A stretch of 64,000 nucleotides of DNA from a phage, in sequence record PZ534512.1. One strand, written 5' to 3'. Below the pieces are notes generated by a model. That model was not told the origin of the DNA. It saw only the letters and a list, made by a program, of their open reading frames with translations, and did not search any database. Shown in pieces: positions 1 through 8,897 of this stretch (its first letter is position 1; each line of letters opens with the position of its first letter). The translations under genes were made by a program, and so were the position numbers.

Positions 1-39
1 AAGAAACGATTAGAAGATTTAAAATAATTTCACAAAGTT

Positions 40-69
40 GTTTACATAGGGTTTTAGTTGTGATACTAT
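40..69 (+). promoter_or_regulatory. T4-type early promoter
   Basis: GTTTAC-N18-TACTAT, followed by conserved leader ctactgaggagaataaaATG. Confidence 0.6.
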
Positions 70-97
70 TACCCTATCTACTACTGAGGAGAATAAA

Positions 98-283
98 ATG
101 AAACGTTGTGAATTAATTCGAAATGTTGCTATTGCAATTTCTGCTTCTGCTTTTAGTTTTTCAATGTTTGTTGGATTTATATGCGGATTATTGACTACAG
201 CAGAAAACGTTTTTTCACTTGTAGTAGCATTTTTAATTGGTTTAATCGCTATCGTTATGGATAAAATTTCTAAAGGTGAATAG
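98..283 (+). CDS. small hydrophobic protein (61 aa)
   Basis: ATG preceded by GAGGAG RBS; one predicted TM segment. Confidence 0.5.
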   Translation: MKRCELIRNVAIAISASAFSFSMFVGFICGLLTTAENVFSLVVAFLIGLIAIVMDKISKGE

Positions 284-284
284 A

Positions 285-665
285 ATGTATAAAGTGTATG
301 CGGATTATCAGGCTAATCCATCTGAAAAGCCAGGTTGTCAAATTGGATGGGCTCATGATACTTTGCTTGAAGCAGTAGATGCTGCTCAAAAATTGGGATA
401 TAAATATGTAGAGATTGTTCAACCGTCAGGAAAAGTTATTACTCTTGAAGAGTTCAATAACATTAAACCAAACTTTTTACTTTTTGCAGGTGATAATTAT
501 TATCCTCGTGGTGGATATGCTGATTTAATCGCGAAAGCCGCCACTGAAGATGAACTCCGTGACATTATCAAAGAAAATGAAAACAAACCAGATTATGGTT
601 CTAATCGCTTTGATTGGTGGCAAATTGTAAATGCCAATACGCATACTATTGTTGATGAAGGTTGA
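285..665 (+). CDS. hypothetical protein (126 aa)
   Basis: ORF track start 276 is GTG; first ATG at 285 has GGTGA RBS. Confidence 0.45.
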   Translation: MYKVYADYQANPSEKPGCQIGWAHDTLLEAVDAAQKLGYKYVEIVQPSGKVITLEEFNNIKPNFLLFAGDNYYPRGGYADLIAKAATEDELRDIIKENENKPDYGSNRFDWWQIVNANTHTIVDEG

Positions 666-955
666 TAATGATTCTTTATGCGAAAGTATCGTCCATTGAA
701 AATGGATATAAATATGATCAAGACGCGGCTAAAGCCTTGATTGATGATTATGGCATTTTAACATATTTTGAAGTTGAAAAGGTTTACATTGACCGTTCAT
801 CTTCACAAGTTAAATTAGTAAAGGAAGACCGTAAATTTAATACAGTAAATTTTGATTTCTTTATTGAAACAGAAAAAGGTCCTCTTGAATATGATATTTT
901 CAAGAATCCTTTGGGTCTTGAATGCATCGTAAATATGTATTATCATAAATGGTAA
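662..955 (+). CDS. hypothetical protein (97 aa)
   Basis: ATGA start/stop overlap with upstream ORF. Confidence 0.45.
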   Translation: MIMILYAKVSSIENGYKYDQDAAKALIDDYGILTYFEVEKVYIDRSSSQVKLVKEDRKFNTVNFDFFIETEKGPLEYDIFKNPLGLECIVNMYYHKW

Positions 956-1052
956 ATATGCTTTAAGAATTATTTGTTATTATTAACTCATATCGCACTG
1001 ATTAATACCCTCTATCATCAAGGGTTCTTGCTTAAGAGCCTTTGTTAATAAT

Positions 1053-1125
1053 TGGGAATTAGCCAAGTTGGTAAGGCACTGGATTTTGATTCCAGGATGC
1101 AAAGGTTCGAGTCCTTTATTCCCAG
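1053..1125 (+). tRNA. tRNA-Gln (anticodon UUG)
   Basis: cloverleaf, acceptor tgggaat/attccca, T-arm GGTTCGAGTCC. Confidence 0.85.
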
Positions 1126-1126
1126 C

Positions 1127-1213
1127 GCGAGAATGGTCAAATTGGTAAAGGCACAGCACTTAAAATGCTGCGGAATGATTTCCTTGTGGGTTCGAGTCCC
1201 ACTTCTCGTACCA
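1127..1213 (+). tRNA. tRNA-Leu (anticodon UAA), long variable arm
   Basis: acceptor gcgagaa/ttctcgt, anticodon loop cttaaaa, encoded CCA. Confidence 0.8.
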
Positions 1214-1219
1214 AAGTTT

Positions 1220-1291
<72 letters not shown>

Positions 1292-1303
1292 AAATTTAAT
1301 TTA

Positions 1304-1377
1304 CTCCGTGTAGCTCAGTTTGGTAGAGCGTCTGCTTTGGGAGCAGAATGTCGTAGGTTCAAATCCTGCCACGGAGA
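1304..1377 (+). tRNA. tRNA-Pro (anticodon UGG)
   Basis: acceptor ctccgtg/cacggag, D-arm tagctcagtttggtagagc. Confidence 0.8.
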
Positions 1378-1379
1378 CT

Positions 1380-1466
1380 GGAGGCGTGGCAGAGTGGTTT
1401 AATGCACCGGTCTTGAAAACCGGCAGTCGCTCCGGCGACTCATAGGTTCAAATCCTATCGCCTCCG
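1380..1466 (+). tRNA. tRNA-Ser (anticodon UGA), long variable arm
   Basis: acceptor ggaggcg/cgcctcc, anticodon loop cttgaaa. Confidence 0.8.
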
Positions 1467-1473
1467 TAATTTC

Positions 1474-1546
1474 GCTGATTTAGCTCAGTAGGTAGAGCAA
1501 CTCACTTGTAATGAGGACGTCGGCGGTTCGATTCCGTCAATCAGCA
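1474..1546 (+). tRNA. tRNA-Thr (anticodon UGU)
   Basis: acceptor gctgatt/aatcagc, anticodon loop cttgtaa. Confidence 0.8.
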
Positions 1547-1552
1547 TATCAA

Positions 1553-1624
1553 GGCCCTGTAGCTGGAAGGTTCAAGCAAGCGACTCATAATCGCCAGATG
1601 GTGGTTCAATTCCACCCAGGGCCA
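1553..1624 (+). tRNA. tRNA-Ile (anticodon CAU, presumably modified C34)
   Basis: acceptor ggccctg/cagggcc, anticodon loop ctcataa; T4 tRNA-Ile is of this type. Confidence 0.7.
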
Positions 1625-1665
1625 TATTTTGGGAACATAAATACTCTTAGAAATAGGAGATATTT

Positions 1666-2331
1666 ATGTTCCATTACACTTATAAAATAACAAATAAAAT
1701 TAATAATAAAATCTATATAGGCGCTCATTCTACCGAAAATTTAGATGATGGATATATGGGTTCTGGTAAATTATTAAAAAGAGCCCAAGACAAGTATGGT
1801 ATAGAAAATTTCTCTAAAGAAATATTAGAGTTCTTTGACGATAAAACCTCTATGTTTGAGTCAGAAAAGAATATTGTGACTGAAGAGTTTTTAAAGCGCC
1901 CTGACGTTTATAATTTGAAATTAGGTGGTGAAGGTGGTTGGGACCATTTAAACACTGAAGAATATTTGGATAAAAAGAAAGAAGCTTCCTTAAAAGGAGT
2001 TGCCGCTTTTAAAACCAGATTTGAGAACGACCCAGACCTTAAAGAAAAATATCGTAAAATGGGTTCAGAAAGGTTTAAACAGCTTTGGGATAATCCTAAG
2101 TATAGAGAGAAATTTTTAAATACTAAATCTTTCTTGGGTAAGACCCATACTCCTGAAACTATTAATAAAATGAAAGAATCTCACGCCAGAAATAAACACC
2201 AACAGGGCGAAAAGAATTCCCAATTTGGTATGATGTGGATTCATTCATTAGATGAAAAAGTTTCTAAACGTATTAAGAAAACTGACCCAATTCCAGAAGG
2301 ATGGTTTAAAGGTCGAAAAATGAAATTTTAA
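1666..2331 (+). CDS. segB: GIY-YIG homing endonuclease SegB
   Basis: 221 aa, YTYKITN..KIYIG motif, GGEGG; lies inside the tRNA cluster as in T4. Confidence 0.8.
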   Translation: MFHYTYKITNKINNKIYIGAHSTENLDDGYMGSGKLLKRAQDKYGIENFSKEILEFFDDKTSMFESEKNIVTEEFLKRPDVYNLKLGGEGGWDHLNTEEYLDKKKEASLKGVAAFKTRFENDPDLKEKYRKMGSERFKQLWDNPKYREKFLNTKSFLGKTHTPETINKMKESHARNKHQQGEKNSQFGMMWIHSLDEKVSKRIKKTDPIPEGWFKGRKMKF

Positions 2332-2334
2332 CTA

Positions 2335-2411
<77 letters not shown>

Positions 2412-2725
2412 GACAAGAAGCCGGGTCGCTACCGGTAAGTCGTCGGACTGATGTTCCCTGAGTAAGGAATTGCGTTAATAATCTTTGCGTTTATTGATGC
2501 CCTCTTATATCACAGCAGAAACGGCGCACCGAATTATCGATTCGAGGAAATATCTTTGCCGTAAGCCGAGTAGCGTTTTTGACGGAACGTTCGGATATGG
2601 TCGAGATATGGCCTTTTAAAAATATTGAGTAGCGTCAACTGCTTGATAACCGGGTTCAAATCCCGGCGTTTCGTACAAACACTTGCCTTAGCAGGTGGAA
2701 CCCCGACAAGGTTGCCGCAAGGCTT
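2412..2725 (+). ncRNA. stable small RNA block (T4 rnaC/rnaD-like species 1/2 RNAs)
   Basis: ~310 nt GC-rich, ORF-free, tRNA-like T-arm (ccgggttcaaatcccgg), directly after tRNA-Arg as in T4. Confidence 0.45.
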
Positions 2726-2754
2726 AGCCCCGACCGAAAGGTTGGGGCTTTTTA
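2726..2754 (+). terminator. hairpin terminator (GAAA loop + T-run)
   Basis: agccccgacc-gaaa-ggttggggct then ttttt. Confidence 0.6.
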
Positions 2755-2755
2755 G

Positions 2756-2763
2756 TATAAATA
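2756..2763 (+). promoter_or_regulatory. T4 late promoter TATAAATA
   Basis: exact TATAAATA about 40 nt upstream of ATG 2804. Confidence 0.6.
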
Positions 2764-2803
2764 TAGTAGTATATTAAATCCACGAATTAAAACAGGAAAT
2801 AAG

Positions 2804-3277
2804 ATGAAATCATATACTCAATTTTTAAATGAAGCGGTGTTAAATGAAGCATCTAGCACCGAAATTCAAGCTGTCGCAAAAGCAGCCATTGCAGCGGGTA
2901 AATATTCTTATAAAGATGCTTCTGATGAATCGCGATTCCAGTTCGCACGCGACATGAAAGCGGAAGGATTTACGGGAAATGCAGTTAGTATGGCCTGGAA
3001 AAGTTTAGTTGCTACTGGCGCTGCTTTTGCAAAGGCTTCGGGTAAACCTGCTCCTAAAGCAGATCCTAAAGTCGCACAAGAGAAAAATATTGTTAAAGGA
3101 ATTATCTCCAAATATGAAGCTATCCTTAAAGAGCTTTTAGTAATCAAAACTGAAGGCCAAAAACTAGCTCGTGCTTATAGTTTCAAAGATAACCCACATG
3201 CTCACTCTCTTGAGTATGTTGAAGACATTCAAAAAATTATTAAAGACCGCATTTGGTCTGCTAAACAAATCAAATAA
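2804..3277 (+). CDS. internal-protein-like capsid-targeted protein (157 aa)
   Basis: N-terminus MKSYTQFLNE/AVLNE fits T4 CTS pattern with L-x-E protease sites; AGGAAA RBS; own late promoter. Confidence 0.6.
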   Translation: MKSYTQFLNEAVLNEASSTEIQAVAKAAIAAGKYSYKDASDESRFQFARDMKAEGFTGNAVSMAWKSLVATGAAFAKASGKPAPKADPKVAQEKNIVKGIISKYEAILKELLVIKTEGQKLARAYSFKDNPHAHSLEYVEDIQKIIKDRIWSAKQIK

Positions 3278-3285
3278 CATTCTTA

Positions 3286-3314
3286 GCCCTAGCCGAAAGG
3301 TTGGGGCTTTTTGG
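3286..3314 (+). terminator. hairpin terminator, near-duplicate of 2726-2754
   Basis: agccctagcc-gaaa-ggttggggct then ttttt. Confidence 0.6.
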
Positions 3315-3445
3315 TATCTAGGCCTTTCCAGGCCTCTCTAGACATCATTTAGTTTCTACCCTTTATAATATATTATCCTATCCTTTGATTTCCCCTCCCT
3401 GCCCTAGAATTCCTCAAAACTTTTTAAAAATTTTTTCACAAAACG

Positions 3446-3475
3446 GTTTACATCCTTGTCCTTCCATGGTACTAT
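3446..3475 (+). promoter_or_regulatory. T4-type early promoter with conserved leader
   Basis: ttttcacaaaacgGTTTAC-N18-TACTAT then acaactatcaactactgatacag. Confidence 0.7.
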
Positions 3476-3518
3476 ACAACTATCAACTACTGATACAGAA
3501 AACAACTTGGAGAATGAA

Positions 3519-3782
3519 ATGGATAATTACGGCGAACTGTTCAACTTCTTTATGAAATGTGTTTCAGAAGATTTTGGTCGTACAGTGAATGATATTAAAG
3601 TTATCGGTCCTGATCATCCGATGTTTGAAACTTATGCAGTAATGGGTAATGAAGATGGTCAGTGGTATACTGTAAAGGTTGTAATTAATATGTTCACGGC
3701 AGAAGGTTATGTTAAACTGTCTTCTAAAGTTTACCATGATAACGACGAAATCGCAGAAGAATATTTCAATAATATGAAATAA
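3519..3782 (+). CDS. hypothetical protein (87 aa)
   Basis: ORF track start 3456 lies inside the promoter; ATG 3519 has GGAG RBS. Confidence 0.5.
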   Translation: MDNYGELFNFFMKCVSEDFGRTVNDIKVIGPDHPMFETYAVMGNEDGQWYTVKVVINMFTAEGYVKLSSKVYHDNDEIAEEYFNNMK

Positions 3783-3850
3783 TTGTGTACAAACACCAAG
3801 GATGGTGTTATTATAGACTTATCAAAACAAATACAGAAACGGAGAAATAA

Positions 3851-4015
3851 ATGACTACTTTAATTATTTGGTTCGACGAAAATGAAGAAACATACTGCGT
3901 GAACATTGGCGAAAGCCCAATGCCAGAATTTGAATCTTCAGATAAAAACTCGGTTGTATCTTGGGCTGAAGGTTATAAAGCAGCAAAAGGCGATGTTGAA
4001 ATAGTTTACATCTAA
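3851..4015 (+). CDS. small hypothetical protein (54 aa)
   Basis: GGAGAAATAA RBS then ATG; below ORF-track length cutoff. Confidence 0.4.
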   Translation: MTTLIIWFDENEETYCVNIGESPMPEFESSDKNSVVSWAEGYKAAKGDVEIVYI

Positions 4016-4059
4016 GTATGAAGGCGTTACTATAGACTTATCATCACAAGGAAAACATT

Positions 4060-4395
4060 ATGAAACGTAACTTTAGTAAAGCTTTTTGTAATAGAAATGA
4101 TTATCCTGAAGAGCTTTTTGAATCTAAGGAATTTAAAGAGTTTAACGAACGTTCTCAAAACATGCCTGTACAGTGGGTATTGGATTATGCTAACCGTATC
4201 TTTGAAGGCGTACGTTTCGTTGGCCCCGATGATGAAGCTCCTTATTTTAAAAAGGCTTGGGAACTCGCCAACCAAGCATATATCAATGCTTTAGAATCTT
4301 CTAAAGGTACTGACGATGATTTTATTTTATTGGCTATCAATGATGCCGTTGTCGAGGCCATCGACGCCTTTATCGACGAGCTAGACGAAGAATAA
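4060..4395 (+). CDS. acidic hypothetical protein (111 aa)
   Basis: AGGAAAA RBS; coding-like composition. Confidence 0.5.
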   Translation: MKRNFSKAFCNRNDYPEELFESKEFKEFNERSQNMPVQWVLDYANRIFEGVRFVGPDDEAPYFKKAWELANQAYINALESSKGTDDDFILLAINDAVVEAIDAFIDELDEE

Positions 4396-4452
4396 GTTTA
4401 CAATCTATTAGAAACGTGATATTATCTAATTATACAAACCTAAGGAAATACT

Positions 4453-5046
4453 ATGAACACACTGAAGAAAATTGTTGAGTTTATTCGCACTAAACTTGGT
4501 TCTGCTATGGCTAAAAATCTATCTGTTGAAGAACAGTATACTGCTGCGGCAGCAAAACTACTTGATAAGATTAAAGATCTAAAAACTGCTTCTGTTAAAT
4601 CTATTAATGAAGAAAAGCGTATTCGTGAACTTATTGTCGAAAAGAATAAGCAGGCCGAATCAAAAGAGCGTGAAATTCGCAAGCTTCTTTCGGAAGGTCA
4701 AGATGTAACAATGCATGCTAAACTTGGTTTACTATATCGTCGAACAGCTGAGCAGTTGACTACTAAAGCTGATGGTTATGCTGAAATGCGAATTGAAATC
4801 GCCAAGAAAGTAGTTGAATTGGATGATGCTCGCCAAGAACTTGCAGTTAAATTGGAATATATCCGTGAAACTCGTGCAGCAAATGCCCTTGGAATTAGTA
4901 CTGCTGATGATGTAGTTGAAATTGCAGCACTGACTAAGGTTGATATTGAAGATACTCTTGCTCGAGTTGAAACCTTTAATGGCAATATTTCTGGGGTTGA
5001 AACTACCTCTGCCGATGTTCAGGAATATATTAATTCTCTGAAATAA
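4453..5046 (+). CDS. coiled-coil hypothetical protein (197 aa)
   Basis: AAGGAAATA RBS; followed by UUCG hairpin at 5052-5067. Confidence 0.55.
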
Positions 5047-5087
5047 TGATAAGGGGCTTCGGCCCCTATTACTTGGAGTAAGTAGGA

Positions 5088-5696
5088 ATGAAAATGCAAA
5101 GTGATTTCAATTCAATGTTTGAAGAGTTCCAAAGACAGGTTGATGTTCCAGATCAATTATTAAATGCTCTTAAACGTATGGCAGAAGGACGTAATTATTA
5201 TTGGGGTTCTTCATATGAAACTGATGAAAGTCTTTCTAGAGGATTTTCTAGAGGTAAAAAGTCTTTAATACGTCCTGGAATACTTATTAACAGTATTGAA
5301 TCAATTCATTTATTAACATGCGATTTTGACGTTGAATTTACTGATTTTGTTTCTCCTGAATGGACGGTCTGTTATTTAAACGACGATTATGATTATCTTG
5401 GCGTTTATAGTTTAAGTGATGCACGGTTTAAACGTAATTTACAAAAGTCAAATTTATTTTATATTGATACTACTGTAAAATTTCAGGGCAAGAAATATTT
5501 CTTTACTCTTATAGTTGATTCTGAAACGAAGCATGAAAATAAACGTATTCTTAGTAAAAAGAATATCTTAACTATTGTCGATGATCTTTTTGATAAATTC
5601 GTAGAAAATCCCAATTTTGAAAGCGATTTATTATTAGAAAAATTTGTGAAGGAATGCAGAGAATATGTCAAAGCCATCAATGTATCTTCCAAGTAA
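5088..5696 (+). CDS. hypothetical protein (202 aa), ECR-tail family
   Basis: AGGAATG RBS; C-terminus KFVKECREY. Confidence 0.5.
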   Translation: MKMQSDFNSMFEEFQRQVDVPDQLLNALKRMAEGRNYYWGSSYETDESLSRGFSRGKKSLIRPGILINSIESIHLLTCDFDVEFTDFVSPEWTVCYLNDDYDYLGVYSLSDARFKRNLQKSNLFYIDTTVKFQGKKYFFTLIVDSETKHENKRILSKKNILTIVDDLFDKFVENPNFESDLLLEKFVKECREYVKAINVSSK

Positions 5697-6057
5697 ACCG
5701 TTGAAGTATGAATTAAAGCGCCAGCTAATTTCTACTGATGTATTAATAGGTCCTGTAATAGCTGTATCATTTGTAATTCTACTGGGGGTTGGAATAGTTA
5801 TAGATGTTATGACTGATATTGAATCTAATATAATATTTGCGTCAACATTAATTCTTCCAATGATAGTTCCATTTTTATTAGTACCTGTAAATTGGGTAGG
5901 ATACTGGTATCAAGGAAGACATTATCGTAAACGCGTACGCGATTGGAAAGCTCAGTGTAAAAAGATTAAAAATGAACACCAGCTTAAACTTGCTGCGTAT
6001 GAATTTGATGAAATTATGAAATTTGTTAAGGAATCACGATGCAAAAGCCAAAACTAA
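5665..6057 (+). CDS. 2-TM membrane protein (130 aa), ECR-tail family
   Basis: overlaps upstream gene; two hydrophobic helices; C-terminus KFVKESRCK. Confidence 0.5.
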   Translation: MSKPSMYLPSKPLKYELKRQLISTDVLIGPVIAVSFVILLGVGIVIDVMTDIESNIIFASTLILPMIVPFLLVPVNWVGYWYQGRHYRKRVRDWKAQCKKIKNEHQLKLAAYEFDEIMKFVKESRCKSQN

Positions 6058-6413
6058 ATAAAGTTAAATATTCGTTTCCAGAGGCACTATTAATTCTTGC
6101 CGTATCAGCATTTGCAGCTCTTGCAGGTAGTCTTATTGGATTGTTAATTGACTGTTTTATTTTAAACATCCGTAGTAACGTCAGCGGTATAATAGATATA
6201 ATAGAAGTTTGGAGTGAACTTCATTATACTATAGCGATTTCATTATTTTCATTCTTTGGTACAATGTTATATTTTCATTATGATAATTTTAAAATAAATT
6301 GGCAAAGAAAAAAGGATTACAAAATACAATTAAAGGAATATAATAGCTACATGTCTTATATTGAAAAAGAATCAATGGAAGAGTTTGTGAGTGATTGTAG
6401 GAAAATTAAATGA
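6039..6413 (+). CDS. 2-TM membrane protein (124 aa), ECR-tail family
   Basis: overlapping start; C-terminus EFVSDCRKIK. Confidence 0.5.
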   Translation: MQKPKLNKVKYSFPEALLILAVSAFAALAGSLIGLLIDCFILNIRSNVSGIIDIIEVWSELHYTIAISLFSFFGTMLYFHYDNFKINWQRKKDYKIQLKEYNSYMSYIEKESMEEFVSDCRKIK

Positions 6414-6898
6414 TTTTAAAAACTCGCTGGTATGATTTAGATGATGGGGATGATGGCATTTCAGTTGATAGAGTTGACTGGAGTGGCTGTTCCGAAGATA
6501 TGAAAAAAATGTTAATTAGGGAGTTTAGAATGGGATATCAAGCAGCTAAGCCATCTACTATAACAGATGATAAGTTCGTATGTATTCATAATGGTCGCGC
6601 TAAGTTAACGAACGCTGATTGGTTCACAGATAAAATTATGATTCTGTGGTATATTATTAGTCTTCCTGTGACATCATTCGTATTTTACTTTTTTATAAAA
6701 AATCCAATGGACAGAATAGGAGATTGGATTCTTTTAACCATACTTGTTAATATTTTTACAGCAGCAATATTATCTGGGATATGGTGCGTGTTCATTGAAA
6801 TGCCATGGCGGTTACGCAGACAGCAAAAGATTTTTGATGAAAAGAAATATACTCAAAATTTAAATAACTTTATCACTGAATGCAGGAAATTAAAATGA
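6410..6898 (+). CDS. membrane protein (162 aa), ECR-tail family
   Basis: ATGA overlap; two TM helices; C-terminus NFITECRKLK. Confidence 0.5.
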   Translation: MILKTRWYDLDDGDDGISVDRVDWSGCSEDMKKMLIREFRMGYQAAKPSTITDDKFVCIHNGRAKLTNADWFTDKIMILWYIISLPVTSFVFYFFIKNPMDRIGDWILLTILVNIFTAAILSGIWCVFIEMPWRLRRQQKIFDEKKYTQNLNNFITECRKLK

Positions 6899-7335
6899 AA
6901 ACACTATCAGCTGGTATTATCTTTATGACAGAAGATAAAGATTTATTTATGGGACGAGTTACTGGTTCTCGTAAACCTGGATTGATGGCACATCGCTGGG
7001 ATATTCCAAAGGGGCGTGTAGAAAGTTCTGATTTAAGCGCATTAGATGCAGCACGAAGAGAATGCTTAGAAGAGACCGGTTTTAGCAATTATAATCCAGA
7101 CCTTCTAGAAGACCTAGGTGTATTTAAATATTCTAGTAATAAAGACCTACAGTTATTTTATTATACGATTCCAGTAGAGCATGAGATGTTTAGAAATTGC
7201 CATTGCGAGTCTTATTTTGAAAATAAAGATGGTGTTATGATTCCAGAAATGGACGCTTTTGCTCTTATTCCTCGTACTCAGTGGCAATATGTGATGGGTC
7301 CTTCACTTTACCGAATAATGAACAGCCTCTTTTAA
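6880..7335 (+). CDS. nudE: Nudix hydrolase NudE
   Basis: Nudix box RRECLEETGF; 151 aa; immediately upstream of e as in T4. Confidence 0.8.
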   Translation: MQEIKMKTLSAGIIFMTEDKDLFMGRVTGSRKPGLMAHRWDIPKGRVESSDLSALDAARRECLEETGFSNYNPDLLEDLGVFKYSSNKDLQLFYYTIPVEHEMFRNCHCESYFENKDGVMIPEMDAFALIPRTQWQYVMGPSLYRIMNSLF

Positions 7336-7866
<531 letters not shown>

Positions 7867-7870
7867 AGCT

Positions 7871-7900
7871 GTTTACTTTCTCTTGCAATTGTGATAGTAT
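7871..7900 (+). promoter_or_regulatory. T4-type early promoter
   Basis: GTTTAC-N18-TAGTAT. Confidence 0.55.
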
Positions 7901-7954
7901 ATTCACAGTTACTTGAATAGATAAATTACTAATTAAAATATTTAAAGGAAACGC

Positions 7955-8272
7955 ATGAAAACATATCAAGAATTTATTGCAGAATCTGCTGCAGGACAGC
8001 GTGTAGAAGGCGGTTATATCTGGATTGAACAAGTTGAGCCGCCAAGTCGCACTTCTACAGGTAAATGGAAAATCACTGTTGATGGTCCTGGTGGTAAACG
8101 TAGGACTCTTAAAGAAATTAACGGGTACTATGAAGAAGCTCTTTCTGACGCGGGTACTTATATGATGCAAATCATGATTAAAAACCCAGAAAATCGTTTT
8201 GCGGCTAGAGTTTTCCGCCGTATTGGAAATAAGCTTTATGATGCATATTCTAAAAACTTCCCTAAAGAATAA
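7955..8272 (+). CDS. internal protein (IPII/IPIII family), CTS-bearing
   Basis: N-terminus MKTYQEFIAE; basic 105-aa protein; downstream of e as in T4. Confidence 0.75.
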   Translation: MKTYQEFIAESAAGQRVEGGYIWIEQVEPPSRTSTGKWKITVDGPGGKRRTLKEINGYYEEALSDAGTYMMQIMIKNPENRFAARVFRRIGNKLYDAYSKNFPKE

Positions 8273-8288
8273 AAATTAAAGGATACAC

Positions 8289-8762
8289 ATGAAAACATAT
8301 CAAGAATTTATTACTGAAGCAGCTATTAATTCTCAAATTATTGCTGAATCTTTTACTGATCTTTTGAAATTTAAAAAAGGTCAAAAAATCACTGCTGTAT
8401 TGGATGATGGTACAGAAATTGAGATGGATGTACAAGGATATAATTATGCAGTAGATGGAAAACTGTATAATAAATCTCATGCTAAATTTGATTCATTTGA
8501 CGACTTTGTTAATACAGTTGAAGATGAAAAAACTCGTCGATCCATTGCAACTGGTGATGCTAAGGTTCTTATGGCACATGGTCATGAACGCATTCGCGCT
8601 AAACAGAATAAAATGGGTGAAGATAATTTTGCATTAGTTGGTTATCAATCTGGTAAACAAACTTATGGCTATCAACGTACTGCTACAATGTATAATAAAA
8701 ATGGTAAAATTGCCTTTGTAAATAGTAAAGGTTCTATTCAGTACGTTAAATCGTTCAAATAA
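8289..8762 (+). CDS. internal protein (IPII/IPIII family), CTS-bearing
   Basis: N-terminus MKTYQEFITEAAINSQIIAE with two L/I-x-E sites; 157 aa. Confidence 0.75.
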   Translation: MKTYQEFITEAAINSQIIAESFTDLLKFKKGQKITAVLDDGTEIEMDVQGYNYAVDGKLYNKSHAKFDSFDDFVNTVEDEKTRRSIATGDAKVLMAHGHERIRAKQNKMGEDNFALVGYQSGKQTYGYQRTATMYNKNGKIAFVNSKGSIQYVKSFK

Positions 8763-8897
8763 TATGGGAACAGCCTGGACCTCATTTGAGGTATTCCCGC
8801 CAACCTGTGATAAGGTCGAGCCAAAGCGCGGTAATGGGTAATGCAGGAATGGACAACTCATGTGCCATGGAATGGCCCAAAAATTAAGAGAGAAAAT

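Noticed and set aside
2908-3147. Minus-strand ORFs nested inside + strand genes (for example 2908-3147, 4030-4275, 8262-8480, 9759-10142, 25919-26248, 38267-38650, 40646-41062, 44449-44736)
   Set aside because: Each lies wholly within a well-supported + strand gene, has no RBS, and shows the biased composition typical of antisense frames in AT-rich phage DNA. Only 54910-55110 is intergenic and was kept.
3340-3410. Pyrimidine-rich tract upstream of the early promoter at 3446
   Set aside because: Similar C/T-rich stretches precede other early promoters (31770-31850, 46090-46140), so it is probably part of the extended promoter upstream region.
3456-3518. N-terminal extensions in the ORF track that run through promoters and leaders (3456, 15106, 18696, 20778, 23768, 46214, 63383)
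   Set aside because: The extensions read through the conserved GTTTAC...TACTAT...acaactatcaact leader and often begin at TTG/GTG; a downstream ATG with a good RBS is the credible start.
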